From Malacoraja senta (taxonomy: Eukaryota): 30,320 nt of DNA. The notes beneath the pieces are model-generated. The model was not told the DNA's origin. It worked only from the letters and a program-made list of their open reading frames with translations, and searched no databases. Below, piece after piece: positions 22,243 to 30,320 of this stretch. Positions within the stretch are counted from its first letter, which is position 1; each line of letters begins with the position of its first letter. The DNA is taken from positions 62,001 through 92,320 of the forward strand of contig JAXLNO010000076.1 of NCBI GenBank assembly GCA_038087875.1, in the 5' to 3' direction. The translations under genes were made by a program, and so were the position numbers.

Positions 22243-22490
22243 CATGGTGGCGCAGTGGTAGAGTTGCTGCCTTACAGCAAAATGCAGCACCTTAGACCCG
22301 GGTTTGATCCTGACTATGGGTGCTGTCTGTACGGAGTTTGCCCCACATTCTCCCCGTGACCTGCGTGGGTTTTCTCCGAGATCATCGGTTTCCTCCCACA
22401 TTCCAAAGACGTACTGGTTTGCAGGTTAATTGGCTTGATCAATTGGCTTGATAAATGTTTAAAAAAATTGTCCAGTATAAAATTGTCCAA
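22243..22490 (+). mobile_element. HE1/V-SINE copy (3'-truncated)
   Basis: GGTGGCGCAGTGGTAGAGTTGCTGCCTTACAGC head, B-box GGTTTGATCC, V-domain. Confidence 0.88.
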
Positions 22491-22877
22491 CTTCCAGTAT
22501 AGTCCCTGGTGGACTCTTCGGAAAGGTACAAGACACCCACAAGGTACAAGGTACATCAACCTGTCAATGCTGTGCTGACAAGCTTTGCTATCTGGGGAGT
22601 TTTCCTTTTACAGAAATGATGTTTTGTTGTTAAAATTAAAAGGGCAAAATTTTAGTTTAGTTTAGATATACAGCTTGGAAACACTGACCATCAAGGGTTA
22701 CATGGTGGCACAGCACTATGGATGCTGCCTTACAGCGCTTGCAGCGCCAGGGACCCGGGTTCGCACCTGGCTACAGGTGCTTGTCTGAAGGGAGTTGGTA
22801 TGTTCTCACCGTGACTTGCGTGGGTATTCTCAGAAATCTTCGGTTTCCCCCCACACTCTAAAGTCGTATATAGGTTA

Positions 22878-23750
22878 CCATATTTCCCGGCAATGAAGAC
22901 GCTGTTTTTGACCCTAAAATAAGGCCCGAAAATTTACCTGCATCTTGGAGGCTGAAGGTTAGATTGTTAGCCAAGAAAGATAGACTTGGCTATCCCTCAG
23001 TACAGCGGCCCGGGTCAGCACGGCTGGGCCGCCAGGGGTAAAGTTGCGGCAAGGGCAGGAGCGTTGAGAAGGAGGGGGTCGGGGATCATGCCAGCAACTC
23101 ACTCAGTAGCTTGGGTGGCATGAGCGGCCGCCGGGACCGGACAGCGGAACTGCAGCTATACCCGGGGCTCGCGGGCGACCTGGGAACTGCTGCTAGACCC
23201 GGGGCTTGCAGGTGACCTGGGAACTGCAGCTAGTTCCGGGGCTTGCAGGCGACCTGGGCACTACAGCCAGCACCGGGGCAGGTGACCTGGGCGCTACAGC
23301 CAGTCCCGGGGCTCGCAGGTGACCTGGGAACTGCAGCTAGTCCCTGGGACGTGAGGGATCTGGGAACTGCAGCCAGTCCCGGGCCTCGCAGGCGACTTGG
23401 GCGCTACAGCCAGTCCCGGGGCACGCAGGCGATCTGGAAACTGCAGAAAACTAATTGAAAAACACGTGAAAACAATGTATTATTACTAATTTATGTATTA
23501 TTAGTATGTATTATTACTAATTACTAATTTAGTTCGTATGTATTATTACCTCCATTTATTAACTTTGGTGATAGATGTGTCCCACCATCAGCTCACAAAC
23601 ATGGGTCCTGGCCCCTATGCAAAACGGTTGCCGGCCCCTGGACTAAACCAAACCCTTGATCCTGTCCCGCCAGGCTTTTTTCAAAATGTAGCAACTCAAA
23701 ATGGGGGTGCGTCTTCGATGCAGGTGTGTCTTCATTGCCGGGAAATACGG
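22878..23750. mobile_element. Non-autonomous Tc1/mariner-superfamily (Tc2/pogo-like) DNA transposon, 873 bp
   Basis: TA TSD at 22876-22877 and 23751-23752; 25-bp TIRs CCATATTTCCCGGCAATGAAGACGC / GTGTCTTCATTGCCGGGAAATACGG. Confidence 0.92.
23146..23446. repeat. 37-bp GC-rich minisatellite, about 8 copies
   Basis: Unit approximately GGAACTGCAGCTAGTCCCGGGGCTCGCAGGCGACCTG, starting at 23146, 23183, 23220 and onward. Confidence 0.92.
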
Positions 23751-23889
23751 TAATTGGCTTGGCACAATTTTTTTGTAATTGTCCCTAGTGTAGGATATAG
23801 TTATTGTGCGGTGATCACTGGTCGGTGCGGACTCAGTGAGCCGAAGGGTCTGTTTCTACACTGTATCTCCAAGCTAAACTAAACAATCA

Positions 23890-24082
23890 TCCTGTACACA
23901 AGGGATAATTTTACAATTTTAACAAACCAATTTATTCTACAAACCTTACTTCTTTGGAGTGTGCGAGTAAACCGGAGAAAACCCACATAGGTCACAAGGA
24001 GAACTTACAAACTCCATGCAGACAACACCCATAGTCAGTATCTGGTGCTGTAAGGCAGCAACTCTACCATTGCGCCACCATT
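23890..24082 (-). mobile_element. HE1/V-SINE copy
   Basis: Reverse-complement V-domain and head TGTAAGGCAGCAACTCTACCATTGCGCCACC; tail-to-tail with the preceding SINE. Confidence 0.82.
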
Positions 24083-24460
24083 CCACCCATCTTACATTAT
24101 CTCCCGTCCTTAACAATATTGCACACAGAGTTATACAAGTTTCTAATGACTTCTTGAAATTTTATTTTCTCAGCAGTTATATTATTTATGGTGCGTGCAT
24201 TACAAAATTGGGCCAGCACTTCAAAAAACGTCTCATCTACTTTTAAGTTTCAATATTCTGTTTGGTTGATATTTAAGTGATAACGTTATGTATTTAGAAT
24301 ATAGAACAGTGCAACACGGAAACGGGCCCTTCAGCCTGCAGTTTATGCAGATCATGATGCCAAGTTCCTCGCTGTTTCACTAAAGTAAAGTTTAAAATTA
24401 CAGATACCATTTCAGGTCAAAGACCTGTTAATAGGGCTTATCTTCATCTTAGATTATTTA

Positions 24461-24775
24461 AGGGCCTGTCCCACTGTACGAGCTAATTCAAGAGTTCTCC
24501 CGAGTTTCCCCTGATTCGAACTCGGAGAATTACGGTAATTGCCGCTCGCAGGTACTCGGGGCTCTCGTGGACATTTTTCAACATGTTGAAAAATCTTCAC
24601 GAGTCTTCACAAGCTTACCGCGTTTCCCGAGTACCTGTCATTAGCGTTACGAGCCGCTAAGAGACGTCCCGAGCTCCGACGTACCCGCTACGTACATTCT
24701 ACGTGCTTACCACGAGTTTGATTTTTTAAAACTCGGGAGAGCTCTTGGGTGAACTCGTATAGTGGGACAGGCCCA
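24461..24775. mobile_element. PIF/Harbinger MITE, about 315 bp
   Basis: TIRs AGGGCCTGTCCCACTGTACGAG / CTCGTATAGTGGGACAGGCCCA; flanks TTA and TAA (imperfect TWA TSD). Confidence 0.9.
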
Positions 24776-25166
24776 TAAGGGTGTTGTTGCTAGACTATTA
24801 TTCAGTGTTTACTATGATCAGAGACAGAACACCAGGAAGTGCTTTGTGCTTCAGTCTCTAACCATTCAGGCAAACAAGTTTGTAAGTTCATAAGTTCTAG
24901 GAGCAGAATTAGGATTCAAGTCTGCTCCGCCATTCAATCATCACTGGTCTATCTTTCCATCACAACCCCATTCTCCTGCCTTCTCGCCATAACCCCTGAC
25001 ACCCATACTAATCAAGAATCTCCGCCTTAAAAATATCCATTGACTTTGCCTCCACAGCCTTCTGTGGCAATGAAATTCACAGATTCACCACCCTCTGTCT
25101 AATGAAATTCCTCCTCATCTCCTTTCTAACGGTACATCCTTTTATTCTGAGGCTATGGCCTCTGGT

Positions 25167-26697
25167 TAGGTATGTTACAAAACTTACCTTCAGCGGCACT
25201 GCAGTTCTGCCACAGCCCCTGTGCGCGACTTTGGCGCCTTTGAGAGGGGGGGCGGGTTTAAAATGCGATATTTGTGCAGTCTAATCAAATCGATCTGTCA
25301 GGCTGTTTAGTCGCTAAAGAAAAATCGCTTCAACTGCCGTTTTATTAAGTTTATTAAAATTAGCGCTTTATAATTTAATTGTTGGAGTAAAATTAAAATC
25401 ATCTTCAAATGCCGTCAACGCCGACAACGGGGACGGATCTCACGTAGGGGACAAGGCAAGGTACACCGTTTATTTTTTCATATAAACTTGCTTCTTAGGA
25501 TGCTTTTAATAAAAATTTCAAGTTGCGAAAATGCGATTATGTAAATATACCAACTGGCAGTATTTTTCCTGCCGATATTGGGGTTTAATTCACTGCAACC
25601 GCAACGTTCCAAACCAGCGCGTTCCACAAAAACCCACTCGCAAGATGATTTAAATGGCCACTAATTTACAGGAATTAAACACTAAATTCCTTCCCTTTGG
25701 CCTATAAATTCATGACAATGAGATTTAAAAATCATGTTATATTGTGAATTCTTGTGTGACTGTCATTTGGACACTCAAGGGCCTGTCCCACGGGCATGCG
25801 ACTCCATGCGGCAAGCGAGACCTAACCGCAAGCGGGGGCCGCGCAGAGGTCGCGGGGCCGGTCCCACTTCGATCGCCGGAGCCGTATGGAGTTGTACGGA
25901 GCTGGTCCCGACATCGCACGGGGCTCCGAAAAACTGACACTGTTCAAAAATTCCGTACAGCAACGGCCTGCCGCCCCGCAGCCGCATCGAGGCCGTGCGC
26001 GCCGCATCGACGGTCGTGCGCACCGCCTCGACGCCGGACGCAGCCGCCTCGAGGCCGTGCGCACCGCCTCACCGCCGTACGCACCGTCTTGACGTCACTC
26101 GACCTCCGCGCGGCCCCCGCTTCCGATTTGGTAGCGCTTGCCGCATGCAGCCGCATGCTGGTGGGACCAGCCCTGTACGGGTATCAGTCAACCTCCGCGC
26201 GGCCCTCGCTTGCAATTAGGTCGCGCTTGCCGCATGGAGTCGCTTGCCCATGGGACAGGCCCTTTAGGCTTTTTAAAAATGTTAACCTTTTCTTAAGAAA
26301 TGGATAGATGTTTAGATCTAGTAATTGAATTTTGTAATAGCTACAATTGGGTAACTAACTAATTATATGCTTTAATTTCAGGTCATCCAAGTAAGATTGT
26401 TTCATATTTGTTTCAGAATGCTTAAATCTATAATAACTGAAAATTTCATTCAGTTCTCTTAATTTTTAAGAAAGTTATGGGCTTTTGATGTCCTTGATCA
26501 CAGCTTTTGTGTTAAGTCAATGGAAAAGCAATAGGGAACAAGATGCTAATTTCCGAGTATGAAAAAAGCCATAATTTATTTAATACTGAAGATATGAAAG
26601 TGAATTAGGTGTCAAATTAAACTTCTTTTTATGCGTTATCTGATGAGATAAATTGCAGACTTGGTTTTTAAAATCTCAAAATTTAGTAACATTGCTA
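25167..26697. mobile_element. Non-autonomous DNA transposon, TAG..CTA termini, 7-bp TSD (hAT-like, tentative)
   Basis: CTCTGGT at 25160-25166 and 26698-26704; imperfect 16-bp TIR TAGGTATGTTACAAAA vs reverse complement TAGCAATGTTACTAAA. Confidence 0.85.
25778..26263. mobile_element. CpG-rich PIF/Harbinger MITE, 486 bp, nested
   Basis: About 75-bp TIRs starting AGGGCCTGTCCCAC; flanks TCA and TTA; internal ~20-bp GCACCGCCTCGACGCCGT-like repeats. Confidence 0.9.
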
Positions 26698-27528
26698 CTC
26701 TGGTCCTAGACTCTCCCACTAGTGGAAACATCCTCTCCAGATCCACTCTATTCCAGCCTTTCACTATTCTGTACATTTTAATGAGGTCCCCCCCTCATTC
26801 TTCTAAAATGCAGTGAGCACAGGCTCACTGCCTTCAATCACTTATCATATGTTAACCAAATAATTCCTGGGATCATTCTCGTAAACCTCCTCTGGACGCT
26901 AGCACATTCTTCCTCAGATACGGGACCCAAAACTGTTCACAATGTTGAATAAACACTAATGTGTGTTCTGGGTAGCCTTGGCATCGTTCAGCTGGGGCAG
27001 TGTCAGGAAATGCTGATCGGGTTTGCTAATTGTTATTTGCAGGTCAACGTACAACAATGAAGCGCAACGAGGAAAAAAAAATGCATATTGGATATAACAA
27101 TAATGTAAAGCACAACAGAATAAACCCAACTCGAGTTAATGTGTCATGACAGGACTTTTGACTTGGCAGAACCCTGAGATTCTAAAAAGGAAGTTGTAAA
27201 GGCTATTTTAATTAGAACAGAACATGGTACGACAGGCTGATTAATTATTTGCAGGAATGTGTAAATGTGTCAAAAGCGTATGCACTTCAATTTACGCATA
27301 TGTTGTTAGTTTAGCACATTCGTTACTAAAGACCTAGTTTGGAATTGTTTCCACTTTATTCATTCTGCATTCATGAAAGACACCAGATTTCGTTTTGCCT
27401 GTAGCACAGAATCTCCAGGGACAAACCACTGTCAAAACAACATTAAGCATAATGAAGGAATGAAAAGATCAGGTTTATTGCACATAACGAATAACATCGG
27501 TTAAAATAAAGCAAGTCAATCATAATTG

Positions 27529-28059
27529 GATACAAGGAACTGCAGATGCTGGTTTACAAAAACGGACACAAAGTGCTGGAGTAAAGGACCTGTCCCACTT
27601 GGGCGTCGTTTGTGCGTCACGCAGGTGGAGCGCGAAGATTTTGTGAATCCCAAAATCCTGGGGCGTCGTGCGCGACCGCGCGTCACTGCTTACGCCACCA
27701 TGTCTCACCACGAGCCATGCGCGCGTCACGTGCGCGTCACGACGCGCGCGTGATGCGTAAATGATGTCGCGTCATGCGTCGTGACACGTAATTGATGTTG
27801 CGTAAATGATGCGCAGATAACGCCCAAGTGGGACAGGCCCTTAACTCAGCAGGTCAGGCAGCATCCCTGGGGAGATCCTTCTGCAGACTGATAGTAGTAG
27901 GGGGAAGAAAGCTGGAAGAAAGGTGGGGTTGGGACGAGGTCTGGTAAGTGATAGGTGGATACAGATGAGGTGGGTTTTGATTGGCAGAACTCACCCTGCT
28001 GAATTACTCCAACACTTTATGTCTTTTTTTGAAACAAGCATCTGCAGTTCCTTGTGTCT
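27529..28059. mobile_element. Penelope-derived element with inverted terminal arms
   Basis: GATACAAGGAACTGCAGATGCT... / ...AGCATCTGCAGTTCCTTGTGTC; the middle is the reverse complement of the Penelope 3' region at about 10330-10450. Confidence 0.75.
27585..27841. mobile_element. PIF/Harbinger MITE, 257 bp, nested in Penelope arm
   Basis: Perfect TAA TSD at 27582-27584 and 27842-27844; TIRs AGGACCTGTCCCACTTGGGCGT / ACGCCCAAGTGGGACAGGCCCT. Confidence 0.93.
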
Positions 28060-28185
28060 ATTTGAGGGAATAATTCGGGTTAACGACCATTCCATACTGT
28101 ATTCAGACTTCATGATTATTACAAGCTAATTTGTTTTACTGTGTATTTAGAAGACTTTGCTCAAGAAAGTTTCTAAAAATGTATC

Positions 28186-28321
28186 CTGCATCTGTAAACT
28201 GGGGGCGGCTTGATTGTAATCATGTATAGTCTTTTTGCTGACTGGATAGCATGTTTTTCACTGTACTTAACTGTGGTGCAAACTTTCACTGTGACAATAA
28301 AAACTAAACTTAACTAAACTT
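28186..28321 (+). mobile_element. Rex1-type LINE 3' tail
   Basis: GGCTTGATTGTAATCATGTATAGTC...GTGACAATAAAAACTAAAC. Confidence 0.65.
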
Positions 28322-28329
28322 AAGGATCT

Positions 28330-28470
28330 CAGATCAGGTTAGCAGGGCATGTCAGAAGAATGTCTGATGAGGGAATACCAAAGGGGTCGCTTCATGGGGA
28401 GTTGACTAAGGACAAACGATCATGTGGTGAACCGAAAAAGAGAGTAAAAGACTCCCTTAGAACAGCCTGT
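28330..28470 (+). mobile_element. RTE-clade LINE ORF C-terminal fragment
   Basis: QIRLAGHVRRMSDEGIPKGSLHGEL..KRSCGEPKKRVKDSL matches the RTE motif (RWAGHVxRM..R.PK..LYGEL..GKR..G.PKKRxKD). Confidence 0.75.
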
Positions 28471-28970
28471 AGGAAGGATGTCATTATGCTGGAAAGAATA
28501 CAGAGAAGATTTACAAGGACATTGCTTGGACTATAGGGAGAGGTTGAACAGGCCTGACCCTTGTTGCTTGCTGCACAGCAGGCAGAACGATGATATTATA
28601 GAGGTACTCTATAAACAAATCATGAGGGGGATCGATAGGGTGAATGCAGAGAGTCTATTACCTAAGATAGGGGAATCAAGAAGCAGAGGACATAGCTTTA
28701 GGTGAGAGGGGCAAGATTTATAAGGAACCTGTGGGGGCAACTTTTTCACTCAGAGGATGGTGGGTATATGGAATGAGCTGCCAAAGGAGGTAGTTGAGGC
28801 AGGTACTATAACAACTTTTAAGAGAAATACTTGGACAAGTGCATGAATTGGAGAGGTTTAGAGGGATATGGGCCAAACGTGGGCAACAGCGACAATCTGA
28901 GATAGGGCATCTTAGTCGGCATTGACAAATTGGGCCAAAGGGCCTGTTTCTGTGCTGTTTGCTTTGATGA
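28468..28970 (+). mobile_element. Decayed CR1 LINE 3' fragment
   Basis: IMRGIDRVNAESLLPKIGESRSRGHSFR, FFTQRMVGIWNELP; tail GGGCCAAAGGGCCTGTTTCTGTGCTGT. Confidence 0.85.
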
Positions 28971-29042
28971 CTCCGTAACTCCATCCCTGAAGAAGAACAA
29001 TATTGACATGCATCATTGGGAACAATAAGCATTGGATTATCC

Positions 29043-29175
29043 AAAGGTCAGGAGGAAAAGACAGGAGAATGAATGGGGATGAGAGGGAAAAATAGATCAG
29101 ACAAGATCGAATAACAGGGCAGAATCGATGGGCCGAAGGGCCTAATGCTGCTCCTATGTCTTGTGATCTTATGAT
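29043..29175 (+). mobile_element. CR1 3'UTR fragment
   Basis: GATGGGCCGAAGGGCCTAATGCTGCTCCTATGTCTTGTGATCTTATG. Confidence 0.65.
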
Positions 29176-29788
29176 CGATCCTTTTTGGTGTACCTGCATA
29201 AAACATGCCCATTCATATGAGGAAGCTTGAATGGAAGAAGCAAATAGGATACGTGGATCTCGAAAATCCCTACACCTCTGACACCTGTGCGCAAGTTACT
29301 TTTAAGCCAGCCACCTCCATCTTACTGGGAAAACTAGATGTCAGGGTCTTACTGGAGAATGTGTGAAGAACAACAACATTCTGGTGCAACTTCCAATTCC
29401 AGATGAGTGGCGGTACAATATATTTAAAAATAAACTGATGCAACCTTGGGTAATGCAAGAAATGCTATCAGTGCTCATCGTTTTGATTATGTTTTATGTG
29501 GTAAAGGAGTGAAGTGTTCTTTCTAACTCAAGTTGATAGATTGGCCCCTGGTACCGGATTCCTTCCAAGTTCATTTGTTTTATTTAAACAAATCTCTTTG
29601 ACTTTGGCTGGCGGATTACCCAACTGAATTTACAGTGCTTGCTATTCAATTTCATATTTTGATTGCTCATTGAATGCGCTTTGTCTTTGGTTTATCAGCT
29701 CACCAAGGACAAAACTCTATCATCCCGATATTTCAGAAACAAATCCACTTATTCCACTCGAAAGGCAGACAGATGCTGGTTTATACCA

Positions 29789-30034
29789 AAGGAAATGCAG
29801 ATGCTGGTTTATACTCTAGGTAGACACAAATGCTGGAGTAACCCAGTGGGTCAAGCAGCATCTCTGGAGAACAGGAATAGGTGATGTTTTGGGTCGAGAC
29901 CTTTCTTCAGACTCCAAGAAGGGTTCCGATGCAAAACGTAACTTATTCCTTTTCCCAGAGATGCTGCCTGACCTGCAGAGTTACTCCAGCACTTTGTGTC
30001 TATCTTCAGTATAAACCAGCATCTGCAGTTCCTT
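29789..30034. mobile_element. Fully palindromic Penelope-pLTR-derived element, about 245 bp
   Basis: Two ~120-bp inverted arms meet at TTCTTCAGACTCCAAGAA (about 29911). Confidence 0.8.
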
Positions 30035-30065
30035 CCTACACATTCCACTCTGTGAGTGGATATTC

Positions 30066-30320
30066 TTTAGAGATACAGTGTGGAAACAGGCCCTTCGACT
30101 AACCGAGTCCATGCCGACCAAACATCACCCATTCACACTAGTTCTATCCTACATACCAGGGACAATTTAATAGAACCAATTAACCTGCAGATCTGCACAT
30201 CTGTGGAGTGTGGGAGGAAACCGGAGCACCCTGAGAAAACAAGGAGAATGTACAAACTCCATGCAGACAGCATCTGTAGTCAGGATCGTGCCTTGGTCTC
30301 TGGCAATGTGAGGTAGCAAC
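30066..30320 (-). mobile_element. HE1/V-SINE copy, cut by window edge
   Basis: TTTAGAGATACAGTGTGGAAACAGGCCC tail reverse complement, then V-domain reverse complement. Confidence 0.88.

Larger units (their letters stand above)
22701..23884 (+). mobile_element. HE1/V-SINE (22701-22877 plus 23751-23884) split by a Tc2/pogo-like element
   Basis: Removing the insert restores AGGTTAATTGGCTTGG. Confidence 0.85.
24884..26943 (-). mobile_element. Older CR1 LINE (24884-25166 plus 26698-26943) split by a DNA transposon
   Basis: AAGTTCATAAGTTC tail; GGCTATGGCCTCTGGT|CCTAGACTCTCCC rejoins the RT C-terminal coding sequence. Confidence 0.85.

Noticed and set aside
23146..23446. 37-bp periodic repeat as a CRISPR array
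   Set aside because: Units are contiguous with no unique spacers, the context is eukaryotic, and there are no cas genes.
25734..26307. Overlapping ORFs up to 187 aa
   Set aside because: Stop-poor, GC-rich palindromic MITE with no transposase motifs.
27020..29460. Acceptor-like sites at about 27042 and 29307 as further plus-strand exons
   Set aside because: Not phase-compatible with the 22112-22182 candidate, and the peptides are unrecognised.

Overview
Eukaryotic, repeat-dense vertebrate DNA. The repeat inventory (HE1-type V-SINEs with CR1-derived tails, CR1, Rex1-like, RTE, L1, Penelope, DIRS, PIF/Harbinger MITEs) points to a cartilaginous fish, probably a skate or ray; this is inference. 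There is no intact multi-exon gene, RNA gene or CRISPR array, and most listed ORFs are decayed transposon fragments or spurious. The interest is structural. (1) A 2,044-bp PIF/Harbinger-type element with TAA TSDs splits a CR1 RT and carries about 1.46 kb of foreign cargo, including a signal-peptide-like exon with a splice donor (Pack-type candidate). (2) A twin-priming-type 5'-inverted L1 with a 16-bp TSD. (3) A DIRS1-like tyrosine-recombinase retroelement with both ITRs and its ICR but decayed ORFs. (4) A TAG..CTA DNA transposon with a 7-bp TSD. (5) Palindromic Penelope-derived elements with decayed hammerhead-like cores. (6) Several three-level nested insertions. A few isolated candidate host exons are reported at low confidence. 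TSD and TIR coordinates were read by eye; boundaries of old SINE/LINE fragments are approximate.
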